A DNA stretch of 64,000 bases from NCBI GenBank assembly GCA_963707215.1, contig CAVPPB010000002.1, positions 192,001-256,000 of the forward strand. The letters are read 5' to 3'. A model generated the notes under the pieces. The model saw nothing but the letters and a program-made list of their open reading frames with translations. It did no database searches and was not told the origin of the DNA. The position numbers and the translations under genes are program-made. Origin of the DNA: an uncultured Chloroflexia bacterium. GTDB taxonomy: Bacteria > Chloroflexota > Limnocylindria > Limnocylindrales > CSP1-4. Shown here in pieces: positions 9,518 through 19,912 of this stretch; the stretch's first letter is position 1, and each line of letters opens with the position of its first letter.

Positions 9518-10765
9518 ATGCGGATCCTGCTCTGGCACGGCTACCTGCTCGGCGGCACCGGCTCCAACGTCTACACGCGGCAGCTGGCCCGCGCCTGGAT
9601 GCAGGCGGGTCACGACGTCACGGTCTTCTGCCAGGATCCGCGGCCGGACGAGCATGACCTGGGTGGGGCGCGGGTCGTCCGCCCGGACGTCGGAGGTCTC
9701 CTGCCGGTGTTCGTCCTCGACCGCTACGAGGGCTACGAGGTCAAGCTCGTCCAGGACTGCTCCCGCGCGGAGCTCGATCGGTGGGTCGAGGCGAACGCCC
9801 GGGCCCTGGCCGCGCACCTGCCGGCAGACCTCGTCTTCTGCAACCACGTCCTGCTCGGGGGACCGGTGGGGCTGGCCAGCGGCGCCCCGTTCGCGGTGAA
9901 GGCGCACGGCTCGGAGCTCGAGTACACGATGCGGGGCCACCCGGCCCTGGCGGCGTGGGGACGGGACTGTCTCCAGCAAGCCGCCGCGACCTTCGTCGGT
10001 TCCGAGCACATCCGTCGGGTCCTCGACGAGGTGTGCGGCCACGTCGACCGCGTGCACGAGGTCCCGCCGGGGGTCGACATCGACGCCTGGAAGCCGGAAG
10101 CGCGGTCGGTGGCCCTCGAGGCCCTCCTGGCCGAGGCCCGGCGCGACCCGCCGAACCCTGGCAACGCCGAGGAGCGGCTGCCCGACGAGGGGAACGCCGA
10201 GCGGCTCGCCCGCTTCCTGGCCGACGAGCGGCCGACCGTCGTCTACTTCGGGAAGCTCATCCGCAACAAGGGCGTGCACGTCCTGCTGGAGGCGCTCGAG
10301 GGCGTCGATGCGCGGGCGGTCATCGTCGGCTTCGGGGAGGAGCGCGCGCGATTGGAGCGTCTCGCCGGCGACGACGTCCTCTTCACCGGCCCGCTCGAGC
10401 ACCGACACCTCGTCCACCTGCTCGCCCTTGCCGATGCCTGCGCCGTCCCGTCGATCTTCCCGGAGGCGTTCGGGATGGTGGCCGCCGAGGCGGCCTCGGC
10501 CGGATGCCCGCCGCTCGTCGCCCGCCACTCCGGGCTTGCCGAGATCGCCGCAGGGCTCGCGGAGACGTACCCGCCGGCGCTGCGCCACCTCGCCGGCTTC
10601 GACTCGGGCGACGTCGGCGACCTCCGGGCGAAGCTCCGGGAGCTCGTCGCGCTCGGCCCGTCGGATCGAGCGGCGATCCGCGCCGCGGCAAGGCAGGCCG
10701 CGGTCGACCGGTGGAGCTGGACGAGCGTCGCGCGTCGGCTGCTGGAGCCGCTCGCGCTGAGATAG
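9518..10765 (+). CDS. Glycosyltransferase family 4 (GT-B)
   Basis: HGYLLGGTGSNVY, FGKLIRNKG, PSIFPEAFGMVAAEA (ExFG...E). Confidence 0.9.
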   Translation: MRILLWHGYLLGGTGSNVYTRQLARAWMQAGHDVTVFCQDPRPDEHDLGGARVVRPDVGGLLPVFVLDRYEGYEVKLVQDCSRAELDRWVEANARALAAHLPADLVFCNHVLLGGPVGLASGAPFAVKAHGSELEYTMRGHPALAAWGRDCLQQAAATFVGSEHIRRVLDEVCGHVDRVHEVPPGVDIDAWKPEARSVALEALLAEARRDPPNPGNAEERLPDEGNAERLARFLADERPTVVYFGKLIRNKGVHVLLEALEGVDARAVIVGFGEERARLERLAGDDVLFTGPLEHRHLVHLLALADACAVPSIFPEAFGMVAAEAASAGCPPLVARHSGLAEIAAGLAETYPPALRHLAGFDSGDVGDLRAKLRELVALGPSDRAAIRAAARQAAVDRWSWTSVARRLLEPLALR

Positions 10766-10814
10766 CCTGGCCTGCCGTCCGCGGCATTCGGGTCGCCGGG
10801 CCGACCCTCCTCGC

Positions 10815-12203
10815 TCAGGTGGCCGGCGGGATGTTGTGGTTGATCCGGAAGAGGTTCTCGGGATCGTAGCGGCGCTTGAGGTCCATCAGGCGCTCGAGCT
10901 TCGCCGGTCCGTAGGCCTCGAGTGCCTTCCGCCGGGCATCGTCCTCGTCGTGCCCCAGGAAGTTGACGTACTGGCCGGCCATCGCATGGGGCCGCATGGC
11001 CTCGGAGAAGCCTTTCACCCAGGCGATCCGCGCCGGATCGTCCGCAGGCTCGGTCCAGAAGCCGTAGATGTTGAGCCAGAACTGCGCCGCCCGGTTCGGG
11101 AACGCCGTGGCGTCCTCGGGTACGCGACCGAAGGCGCCGCCCATGTGGTGCAGGTCGGCGGCCGTGCCGACCCAGGCCTGCGCCCCGCAGTGCTCGATCA
11201 GGGTGTCGATCATCGACTCGTCGAGCCGTTCGAACGATGCGTTCCGCCAGTAGGCGCGGACGCCCTTGGGCAGGGCCGCGTCGAAGGCCGACTGGAAGGT
11301 CAGCCAGCGGGTCGGGTCGAGGACCGCGACATCGGGCGGGCTGGCGGCTCGGAGTTGGTCGACCACGGCAACGCCCTCGGCCCGGTCGGCGCCCGCCCAG
11401 GCGAACCCCAGGAACATCAGGACCCGTTCGCCGAGCTCCCAGTCGACCGGGGGCACCATGAAGGTGATCAGCGTCGTGATGTCATCGGGCACGTCGGCCG
11501 TCCAGGCGACGTAGGCGCGCAACGCATCGGCCCAGTGCTCCCGTTCGTAGATGAGCGATCCGGCGAAGACCTCCGGGCCCAGCGGATACGCCCGGAAGGT
11601 GAACGAGGTGACGACGCCGAAGTTGCCGCCGCCACCACGCAGGCCCCAGAACAGGTCCGGGTGCTCGTCGTCGCTTGCGCGGACCAGCTCGCCATTCGCG
11701 AGGACGACATCGGCCGAGACGAGGTTGTCGAGGGTCAGGCCGTAGGTTCGGGTGAGCCATCCGATGCCACCGCCGAGGGTCAGGCCTGCGACGCCCGTCC
11801 CGGAGACGACCCCGATCGGGACCACGAGGCCGTAGGGCTCGGTCGCCCGGTCGATGTCGCCCAGGGTCGCGCCCGCGCCGACACGGACCTCCCGCGCCTC
11901 ACGGTCGACCTCGACCGACGTCATGCCACCGAGGTCGAGCACGATGCCGCCGTCCACCGTGCCGTCGCCGGCGACGTTGTGGCCGCCCCCGCGGATCGCC
12001 AGGGGCAGCCGGGTCTCCCGGGCGACGGCGATGGTCGGGGCGACGTCCTCGACGCCGGAGGCCCGGACGATGACGCCCGGTCGCTTGTCGATCATCCCGT
12101 TCCAGACGCGCCGGGCCTCTTCGTAGGCGGCATCGCCTGGCGCCAGGACCTGCCCCTGGACGGCCGCGCGCAGTCGCTCGACGGCCCCGGTGTCGCTCAT
12201 CAT
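10815..12203 (-). CDS. FAD-binding oxidoreductase (BBE/VAO family)
   Basis: RGGGH, GLTLGGG, RGGGGNFGVV, YVNF, KRRYDPENLF. Confidence 0.92.
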   Translation of the reverse strand: MMSDTGAVERLRAAVQGQVLAPGDAAYEEARRVWNGMIDKRPGVIVRASGVEDVAPTIAVARETRLPLAIRGGGHNVAGDGTVDGGIVLDLGGMTSVEVDREAREVRVGAGATLGDIDRATEPYGLVVPIGVVSGTGVAGLTLGGGIGWLTRTYGLTLDNLVSADVVLANGELVRASDDEHPDLFWGLRGGGGNFGVVTSFTFRAYPLGPEVFAGSLIYEREHWADALRAYVAWTADVPDDITTLITFMVPPVDWELGERVLMFLGFAWAGADRAEGVAVVDQLRAASPPDVAVLDPTRWLTFQSAFDAALPKGVRAYWRNASFERLDESMIDTLIEHCGAQAWVGTAADLHHMGGAFGRVPEDATAFPNRAAQFWLNIYGFWTEPADDPARIAWVKGFSEAMRPHAMAGQYVNFLGHDEDDARRKALEAYGPAKLERLMDLKRRYDPENLFRINHNIPPAT

Positions 12204-12337
12204 CTCGTCCCTCGTGTCACGGAGTGGTCCCGCTCGGGACGCGTCGGCCTCAGTGGGATGGTCGTGTCGACCCCTCGACAGTGTCGGCCGTGTCCTGCCA
12301 TGCTGGAAGAGGCGGAATCAACCGCAACGGGTCGAAT

Positions 12338-13396
12338 ATGACACCGAGCCCCAGACCGCGGATCGCCCTGCTCGCCGCGCCGGAGACCTCCGCGTCGGTC
12401 CTCTACGGGCTCTACGACGTCCTGCTCTCGGTCGGCCCGATGTGGCCGGACATGACGGCAGCCCAGACCGCGGATGCGCTGCTCGACGTCTCGATCGTGG
12501 CCGCGACGGCCGAACCGTTCCGCTGCTTCGGCAACATCCTGGTCGAACCGCACGCCGCGGTCGCCGACGTGGACGCGATGGATGCGGTCGTCGTCTGCGA
12601 CATGTACGCCCCGATCCACACGCCGCCGCGCGGACGCTATCCGGTCGAGATCGAATGGCTGCGCCGAGTCCATGCCGGCGGCGCGCTGCTGGCCTCGGTC
12701 TGCTCCGGTTCGCTGCTGCTCGCGGAAGCCGGTCTGCTCGACGGACGATCCTGCGCCGGGCACTGGGCGTACCGCGACCTGTTCCGATCCGCCTATCCGA
12801 GGGTCCGCTTCGGGCCGGGCGAGATCCTGGACCTCACGAGCGAGGATGCCGGCCTCATCACGGCCGGCGGCGTGACGTCGTGGCAGGACCTCGCGCTCCA
12901 CCTCATCGGCCGGTTGTGCGGTCCGGAGCACGCGGCGCGGACCGCCAAGGTCTACCTGCTCGGCGGCCACGAGGACGGGCAGCGGCCGTACTCGGCGATG
13001 ACGCGAACGGCTTCGACGAGCGATGCGGTCATCGCCGATTGCCTGGCCTGGATCGCGGACCACCACGAGTCGACCACGCCGGTGACGGCGATGGCCGAGC
13101 GATCCGGCCTCAACCGGCGGACGTTCGCCCGGCGGTTCCGGGCGGCGACCGGCCAGCGGCCGATCGACCATGTCCACGCCCTGCGGATCGAGCGCGCCCG
13201 GGAGCTCCTGGAGACCGGCGACAGCAGCGTGAACGAGGTCGGGTTCGCGGTGGGCTACGAAGATCCGACGTTCTTCCGGCGACTCTTCAAGCGGACGACC
13301 GGCCTGACGCCGGCGGCCTACCGCCGGAAGTACGCCCCGATCGTCGCGGGCGGTCGAGCCGCCGCGGATGGTCCGCTGGCGAGGGCTACCCCGTGA
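12338..13396 (+). CDS. GlxA-type AraC regulator (DJ-1/PfpI + HTH)
   Basis: SVCSG, LLAEAGLLDG, RTFARRF, VGYEDPTFFRRLFKR; divergent from the oxidoreductase. Confidence 0.9.
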   Translation: MTPSPRPRIALLAAPETSASVLYGLYDVLLSVGPMWPDMTAAQTADALLDVSIVAATAEPFRCFGNILVEPHAAVADVDAMDAVVVCDMYAPIHTPPRGRYPVEIEWLRRVHAGGALLASVCSGSLLLAEAGLLDGRSCAGHWAYRDLFRSAYPRVRFGPGEILDLTSEDAGLITAGGVTSWQDLALHLIGRLCGPEHAARTAKVYLLGGHEDGQRPYSAMTRTASTSDAVIADCLAWIADHHESTTPVTAMAERSGLNRRTFARRFRAATGQRPIDHVHALRIERARELLETGDSSVNEVGFAVGYEDPTFFRRLFKRTTGLTPAAYRRKYAPIVAGGRAAADGPLARATP

Positions 13397-14409
13397 GTGC
13401 CCGTCCGGTCCTCGATCGCTCGCGGATCCTTGCCTTCCGCCGGTTCGTCGGCGCGCTCGACGAGCGGCTGGCGTCCGGCCCGGCCTCGCTGCGTCGGGCG
13501 GCCTGGGCGGGTCTCCAGGACAGCGTGCCCCGGGCCGCTCTCCTCTCCATCCACGCCCGGGTCGCGGACACGGGCCCATCAGCCTGGGAGGACCCGTCGC
13601 TCGTCCAGCTCTGGGGACCCCGCTACAGCGTCTTCGTCGTGGCCGCGCGGGATCTGGCGGTCTTCTCGCTCGGGACGCTGCCGGACGACGAGGCGGGTCG
13701 ACGGAGGGCCGAGGACCTGGCGTCGCGCCTCGAGACCTTTCTCGGGGGCGCGAGGATGCCCTACGCCAAGGCGGGACGGGCCCTCGGTGAGCAGCCCAAC
13801 CGGCTCCGTTACGCCGGGGCGACCGGCCGGGTCCTGATCCGCTGGGACGGCGCCCGGCCGCCGACCGTGTGGACCGTCCCACCGCCCGACGCCGACCCGG
13901 GCGATGCACGCCTCGAGCTCGCTCGCCGGTACCTGCACGTGGTCGGTCCCGGCACGCCACAGGCCTTCGCGGTCTGGGCCGGGATCGCGCCGCGCCGTGG
14001 TCGCGAAGCCTTCGCCGACCTGGGTCGCACGATCATCCCCGTCCGGACGCCGCTCGGCGATGCCTGGATCCTCGCTCGCGACGAGCCGCAGCTCCGATCC
14101 GCCCCGGGGGCCCCGGCGCCCGTCCGGTTCCTGCCCAGCGGCGACCCGTACCTCATGGCCGGAGACCGAGAGCTGCTGGTGCCGGAATCGGCTCGCCGAC
14201 GCGAGCTCTGGCCGCCGAGCACGGTCTGGCCCGGCGGCCTCCTCGTCGATGGCGAGCTCGTCGCGACCTGGCGCCGAGCCGGGTCGAAGGTCGCGATCCG
14301 ACCGTGGCGTCGCCTCTCCACCGCGGAGCGAGCGGCGGTGGAGGCGGAGGCCGGCTCGTTGCCCATCCCGGGCCTCGAGGATCGGATCGCCGTGACCCTC
14401 GTCGACTGA
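13393..14409 (+). CDS. HTH_42 / AlkZ-like winged-helix DNA glycosylase family protein
   Basis: GLQD...LLSIHAR, RRYL..GP.T, FLPSGDPY, LVDGELVATW. Confidence 0.75.
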   Translation: MSARPVLDRSRILAFRRFVGALDERLASGPASLRRAAWAGLQDSVPRAALLSIHARVADTGPSAWEDPSLVQLWGPRYSVFVVAARDLAVFSLGTLPDDEAGRRRAEDLASRLETFLGGARMPYAKAGRALGEQPNRLRYAGATGRVLIRWDGARPPTVWTVPPPDADPGDARLELARRYLHVVGPGTPQAFAVWAGIAPRRGREAFADLGRTIIPVRTPLGDAWILARDEPQLRSAPGAPAPVRFLPSGDPYLMAGDRELLVPESARRRELWPPSTVWPGGLLVDGELVATWRRAGSKVAIRPWRRLSTAERAAVEAEAGSLPIPGLEDRIAVTLVD

Positions 14410-14479
14410 CCGATCAGGTGGTCGGAGCGGGGTCCGTGGCCGGCCCGGAACGGCGGGCGTGCCGCCCGTCGGCGCTGCG

Positions 14480-15019
14480 TCAGGCCCCGAGGGCGGGCAT
14501 CACCTGGAAGCCGGGCGCGCCGGGCTTCAGACTGCTGTTGCGGACCAGGGTGAGCTCGCCGCCGGTCGCCGTCGCGAGCCCCTTCCCGAAGTCGGTCATC
14601 AACTTGTCGTGGTTCCAGGTGAACGCCGGCCGGGCGAGCGGGGCGAGGAGGTTCATCCACCACTTCGGCGTCTCGACGAGCCAGAGGAACGAGACCTCGG
14701 TCCCGCCGGACGGGGCATCGGAGAGGAGGAACCGACCACGACCGACGATGTCTCCAGACGAGAGCACGTCGATCCGATCCGGGCGATCCACCTCCGCGAT
14801 CTCGGTCGAGTAGACCATGCGGTACCCGCCGGGCGTACCGACATGGCAGCCGTAGACGGCACCCACGCCATCCTCCGACGCGGCCTCGCGGATGACGTCG
14901 ATCCGCTTCATCCATCGCCACCACGTCGACCACCCGTCGACGGCATTGAGCGCGGCCCACACGGCGTCCCGATCGCTCGTCAGGGTGTACTCGCTCAGGA
15001 AGTGATACCGCGCTGCCAT
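14480..15019 (-). CDS. SRPBCC (START-like) protein
   Basis: VW.AL...W..WW, GRGRF, FTWNHDKLM. Confidence 0.75.
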   Translation of the reverse strand: MAARYHFLSEYTLTSDRDAVWAALNAVDGWSTWWRWMKRIDVIREAASEDGVGAVYGCHVGTPGGYRMVYSTEIAEVDRPDRIDVLSSGDIVGRGRFLLSDAPSGGTEVSFLWLVETPKWWMNLLAPLARPAFTWNHDKLMTDFGKGLATATGGELTLVRNSSLKPGAPGFQVMPALGA

Positions 15020-15122
15020 GTCGCCCTCTCAGCCATCCGCCCGAGGATGCCCCCCGGACGTGACGGCGGAGTGTGCGCCAGTTCGGGAATCGGCGCACGA
15101 AGGCGCGGCGCCCCCCCGGGGA

Positions 15123-15548
15123 TCAGGCGGGAGGACCCGCCGGCACTGCACCGATCTGCTGCATCATCGCCAGCGCATCCATCACGCCCCAGTGCTCGTG
15201 CAGCAGGCCGTCGTCGCCGAAGCCGAAGATGTCGATGAGCTGGGCGTCGACTCGCTTGCCGGACGCGGGCATGCCCTGGAACTCGCCCTGGTGCGTGCCC
15301 GTGTACCGCACGCGGGCGACGACCTTCTGGCCGTCCGCGACGATGTCTTCCACCTTCATGTGCATGTCCGGGAAGGCCGCCCGCTGCATCCGGAAGAAGG
15401 CGAGCACCCCATCCTTGTTCGGCGCGAGGCCGGGCGTCTCCTCGTGCTCGACGAAGTCGTCGGCCAGGAGCCAGCCGAACCCGTCGATATCCCCGGCGTT
15501 GATCAGGTCGTACAGGCGTCGCGCTGTCGCCGCGTGATCGGTGGACAT
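15123..15548 (-). CDS. SnoaL-like ester cyclase
   Basis: AFPD, TGTHQGEFQGMPASGK, EHWG. Confidence 0.9.
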   Translation of the reverse strand: MSTDHAATARRLYDLINAGDIDGFGWLLADDFVEHEETPGLAPNKDGVLAFFRMQRAAFPDMHMKVEDIVADGQKVVARVRYTGTHQGEFQGMPASGKRVDAQLIDIFGFGDDGLLHEHWGVMDALAMMQQIGAVPAGPPA

Positions 15549-15740
15549 CTCAGCAGCCCTTGCCCTTCCTGGGCGCAGATCGCGCCCACCCGAGCGGGCC
15601 CGGTCTCGCCACTGGCCCAGCGCGACGGTCGAGGCGACCGCGTGGGGACGCCGCGCTGGCGGGAGCTCGAGTGCCCCCGCGCCTGCCCTTCGGTCGCCGG
15701 AGTATGCGCCCGGCCCGGCATCCCGTCGCGCCCGGGATCG

Positions 15741-16807
15741 TCAGGAGGCTCCGATGATCTCCAGGAGCACCGGGTAGACCTCGGACGTGCGCTGGTCGAC
15801 GCGATCCGGCCCGATGAGGTCGTGGGGCAGGTCCAGGGAGGCGGCGAACCGGTACTCGCTCGTCGCTCCCGTCGCCAGGTCCAGCCAGCGGCTCGTGAGC
15901 TCGTCGGTCAGGTCGTTGTTCACCGTGTCGTCGCCGTCGTTGACGACGGTCACGACCCGTGCCGCCCGGTGCGGGTGGTCGGCCGCATCGGCGAGGACCA
16001 TCCGACCGAGGCGCATGTAGGCGGCCGCCGAGCGGGTGTTGTTGTCCAGCCCGGCGTACGGCGCGTACTCGCCGCCCGAGGCCACCGACTCCGGGATGCC
16101 CCAGGCGAACGGCGGCAGGATATCGGCCAGGTTGACGAGCGCCGAGGTCAGGGGGGCCGGGACCTGCAGGAGGCCGAAGAACGGCGCGATCGGGACCGCC
16201 AGGTCGACGTCATCGCGGAACTGGGCGGCGTAGGCCGCGACCGAGCCGCCGCCGGACAGGCCCAGCACGGTCACCTCGTCGCCGAGACCCGCGGCGATGT
16301 CCACGGCCTCGTTGGCGTAGGCGATGAGCTCCTCGGCGGAGAGGTGCTCCAGGGTGCTGTGCTCGCGGTCCGCCTCGCCGTGCTCGGGAGCGAGGGGGAT
16401 GTAGACGTTGAAGCCCTGGGCCGCCAGCTCCTCGCCGAGCTGCTCGAACATCTGGGGGCAGTTGGTGTAGCCGTGGAAGAGGACGATCGACCGTTCCGCG
16501 CGCCCGTCGGAAGCCAGGATCCGGCTCCGGCAGGGGGGAGGAGGTCCTGGCCGGCTTCACGCCGCTCGACCTCGGCGAACCGGGCGATGGCCTCGTCGTA
16601 CGAGGCGGTCGGGTCCGCCGCCGCCGTCTCCGTCGGCACGTCCATGGGCTTGAGGAGCAGGAAGGCGGCGAAGGCGAGGACGACGAGCACGACACCACCG
16701 ACGGCGGTCAACACGACGCGGAGGGCGCGGTGCCGCGGGCGCGGCGGCGCCGTCGGGTCGCCCGGGGATCGGCTGGCAGCTTCGGGGATCGTGTGCTGGT
16801 CGGTCAT
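15741..16807 (-). pseudogene. Membrane-anchored carboxylesterase split by a 1-nt frameshift
   Basis: N-terminal TM part (16807 frame) joins LFHGYTNCP...GLSGGG...PHD part (15741 frame) at G6 run 16533-16538; may be a sequencing error. Confidence 0.75.
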
Positions 16808-17102
16808 CCTGGATGTGGGCCCAGTGGCGCCAGGTCGAGGCGACGCGCTCGATCGACCGGGGCGCCATGCGCCGGAACCTTACCAACGATCGCTGACCGC
16901 CGCAGGGAACGACAGCTGAGCCCCTCGGGCGGATCGCGGTCGCAGGCCCCCACGTACGTCATCGGTCTCCAGCGGACCGCGACGAAGGTGCGACCGATCG
17001 AGTCGTCGGCCGTCGGACGTCGCGCGATGCGCCCGTCACCTACGGTCCGACCAGCAGGGCCGACCCCTCGGCCCAGGTGAGCCGAAACCGAGGTCGAGCA
17101 CG

Positions 17103-17438
17103 ATGCAGGCGTCCATCCAGCTGGGCATGTCGTCTACCCGGTCGCGTCCCCACTACATGGGCCTCGCCTTCTGGCGGGTCCCGCTGGCGCTCGCCATCGC
17201 GGCGGCCGCGATCGTCATCGGAGCGCCCGATGGGCCGGGCCCCGGCCCGACCGTCCCGCTCGCGGCGTCGGCCGACGACGTTGCCGGCTGGGCGATCGGC
17301 GACCTCCCGCTGCGGTACGAGGCCGGCAGCGAACCGGTCGACGCGGCCGGATCGCGGGCCGCCGTGCTGCGGGTTCGCGGGATCGAAGACCCGGTCGCGC
17401 GCGCCCAGGCCGAGCTCGCCGGCTGGTCGACCCGCTGA
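17103..17438 (+). CDS. Hypothetical small protein with hydrophobic segment
   Basis: ORF fills gap, GC3-rich, one hydrophobic stretch; no family recognised. Confidence 0.4.
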   Translation: MQASIQLGMSSTRSRPHYMGLAFWRVPLALAIAAAAIVIGAPDGPGPGPTVPLAASADDVAGWAIGDLPLRYEAGSEPVDAAGSRAAVLRVRGIEDPVARAQAELAGWSTR

Positions 17439-17509
17439 CGGCCGCGCCGGGCGGATCGGGCTCCTGGTCCGGCCCGGGCCGACTCGTCGGATGCGCGGGC
17501 CTCGCGGCC

Positions 17510-18376
17510 CTAGGCGTCCGCCCGGAGCACCGCGACGTCGACCTCGGCGGACCTGCCCCTGAGCTCGAGCCGGCGGTGCTCGAGCCCTCGATCCGGGACA
17601 TCGGCCCGCTCCAGAGCCGAGGTCGTGAGGAGGATCTCGCCCGGCCCGGCGGCCGACGCCAGGCGCGCGGCGACGTTGACCACGTCACCGAGCGCAGTGA
17701 ACTCGACGTGCTCGGCAGTCCCCACCGCTCCCACGTAGGCCACGCCCGTCGCGATGCCGGCACCGACCGGGAGCCAGGGCCCGCCAGGGTCGCCGTGGCC
17801 GGTCGCGGCGAGGAGGGCGCGAGCGGCAGCGACGGCGCGCCCAGCGTGGGCGTCCTGCGCCAGCGCCGGGATGAAGATCGCCACCACCTCGTCCCCGACG
17901 AACTTGTCGATGATGCCGTCGTGCTCGAACAGGATCCTGGTGGAGACCTTGTAGAAGCGGCTCATGAGGTGGCGGAACTCCGAGGCGGTCATCCCCTCGG
18001 CGAGGCTCGTGGACCCGCGGACATCGGCGAAGAGGAGCGAGCAGTCGATCTCCGCGCCGCCGTCGTGCTGCTCCATCGCGATGAAGCACTGCTTGCAGTA
18101 GTTCGGGTTGCGCTCCCAGGGGCTCCGGCCGAGCGGCCGCATGAAGGGAGCCACCGGCCCGGCGAACGGCGCGGCGCAGAGGTGGCAGCGGTGCGTGGCG
18201 GGCAGCCGTTGGAGCCAGCTTCGCCAGGTCCGGTACCGGGGGTCGGTTCCCTCGAGGACCCCCTTCCACATGGCGTCGAGGCGCAGATCGGCGGGTCCAG
18301 GCGCGACCGACCCGGGGTCGTCTTCTGAAGGCGATCCCGTCGGGGGATCCGTGGGACGCGGGTCTGGGGACGTCAT
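17510..18376 (-). CDS. Class III cyclase with N-terminal CxxC...CxxC region (paralog of 4372)
   Basis: CHLCAAPFAG...NPNYCKQC; LFADVRGST, DKFVGDEV, GDVVNVAARL. Confidence 0.9.
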   Translation of the reverse strand: MTSPDPRPTDPPTGSPSEDDPGSVAPGPADLRLDAMWKGVLEGTDPRYRTWRSWLQRLPATHRCHLCAAPFAGPVAPFMRPLGRSPWERNPNYCKQCFIAMEQHDGGAEIDCSLLFADVRGSTSLAEGMTASEFRHLMSRFYKVSTRILFEHDGIIDKFVGDEVVAIFIPALAQDAHAGRAVAAARALLAATGHGDPGGPWLPVGAGIATGVAYVGAVGTAEHVEFTALGDVVNVAARLASAAGPGEILLTTSALERADVPDRGLEHRRLELRGRSAEVDVAVLRADA

Positions 18377-18563
18377 CCTGGTGGAAGGATAGCCCCCAGC
18401 GATGGACGACAGGAGCATGGCATGCGCGCCAGGTCTCGGCTGCCCCGTGGTCGACCGATGCATCCGCGGACCTGCCAGTACGCTTGATCGGGCCGGCAGG
18501 CACCACGACGTGACGTGCCAGGTCGGCGACCATCAAGAGGATCGACGCGAGAAGAGGGCCGGG

Positions 18564-19037
18564 ATGAAGGACACGCCGAAGTCGGCCAAAGGCACCGCCA
18601 AGCCGTCCGAGGGGTTCACGGACGAGGAACGAGCGGCGATGCAGGAGCGCGCCCGGGAGCTGAAGGCGGAAGCGCGCCGCGGCCCGCGCCCCAAGGCGGC
18701 CAAGGCCGACGGTGAGGCCGACCTGCTCGCGAAGATCGCCGAGATGCCGCAGGCGGACCGGGCCTTGGCCGAGCGGCTCCATGCGCTCGTCATGGCCAGC
18801 GCACCGGCACTGTCACCGCGGACCTGGTACGGGATGCCCGCCTACGCCAAGGACGGCAAGGTGATCTGCTTCTTCCAGGCCGCCTCGAAGTTCAAGGTCC
18901 GCTACGCGACGTTCGGCTTCCAGCCCGATGCGAACCTCGATGACGGCACCATGTGGCCGACCTCCTGGGCGCTGACCGAGCTGACGGACGCCGACGAGGC
19001 CAGGATCGCCGAGCTGGTGAAGAGGGCAGTGCTCTGA
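18564..19037 (+). CDS. DUF1801/YdhG-like protein
   Basis: [37 protein letters not shown]. Confidence 0.85.
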   Translation: MKDTPKSAKGTAKPSEGFTDEERAAMQERARELKAEARRGPRPKAAKADGEADLLAKIAEMPQADRALAERLHALVMASAPALSPRTWYGMPAYAKDGKVICFFQAASKFKVRYATFGFQPDANLDDGTMWPTSWALTELTDADEARIAELVKRAVL

Positions 19038-19052
19038 GTCGGTCGTCGGGTG

Positions 19053-19736
19053 TCAGGCCTCGTCCGCGGGCGAGAGGTCCTTGTCCTCCATCTCCCACGC
19101 ATGGTCGAGCGTGTGGAAGCCCGAGTGGCGGATCAGGAACGGCAAGGTCCATGAGCGCATGCGCCGCTTGACCTCCCCGGCGTGGTAGGCGCGCATCGCC
19201 GCGACGTAGGCCTCCCGATGCGCGCGCAGTCCGTCCGGGCTGAGTGCCGCGCCCTCGCGCGTCCGCAACCCCACCTGCTTCGCGAAGTACTCGCTCTCGG
19301 TGCGGATGGTATGGCGGATGATCTGGTCGCGGTCGCGCCCTCCCCCGCGCGGCCCGCGGCGCATCCCGGCCGAGACCCGTGCCGCCACGGCGTCGAAGTA
19401 CGCCCAGGAGGCTCGCAACAGGACGATGCCGCGCTCGAGCTCCGCGTCGCTCATGGCCTCCCGCTCGGCCGCGCAGGGCGAGAAGGAGATGCCCCAGAAG
19501 TCGGTCGATCCCGTCCCGGTCCGGTCCTCCACGACGGCGAGCGGCCCGGCGGCGTCGAACTCCTCGTCCAGCCCGGCGAGGCTCGCGACCGGCTGGTAGC
19601 GCTCCCGATACGACTCGAGCGTCTCCAGGGCGAGCTCGGCCGTCTTCGCGCCCCGGCTCCACCCGGGCCAGTCGAGGCAGAAGGCGACCGACCGCTTCCC
19701 CTTGGGACCTCGCTCCACGACCGTGCGCACAGGCAT
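19053..19736 (-). CDS. Conserved hypothetical protein (DinB-like C-terminus possible)
   Basis: DWPGWSRG N-terminus; GPRGGGRD..I..H and H..DHAWE.ED His motifs. Confidence 0.7.
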   Translation of the reverse strand: MPVRTVVERGPKGKRSVAFCLDWPGWSRGAKTAELALETLESYRERYQPVASLAGLDEEFDAAGPLAVVEDRTGTGSTDFWGISFSPCAAEREAMSDAELERGIVLLRASWAYFDAVAARVSAGMRRGPRGGGRDRDQIIRHTIRTESEYFAKQVGLRTREGAALSPDGLRAHREAYVAAMRAYHAGEVKRRMRSWTLPFLIRHSGFHTLDHAWEMEDKDLSPADEA

Positions 19737-19912
19737 GCCTGACTATCGCATGCGCCGAGCGGATCCCGCGAGGTCGCCGGTCGTCGTGGCCGCGTTGCCG
19801 ATCATCCTGGTCCGGGTCCGCGTCGTGGTCCCGCGAACCGCTCCACCATCACCGGGACGCGATGGCCGCGTCGGCCCGCCACGCCCCAGGCCGAGAGCGC
19901 ACCAGCTCGAAG

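Noticed and set aside
13190-13204. GCGCGCCCG matches inside genes (13192, 18647, 57993)
   Set aside because: Short, coding, and lack the TGG...GAGGG context
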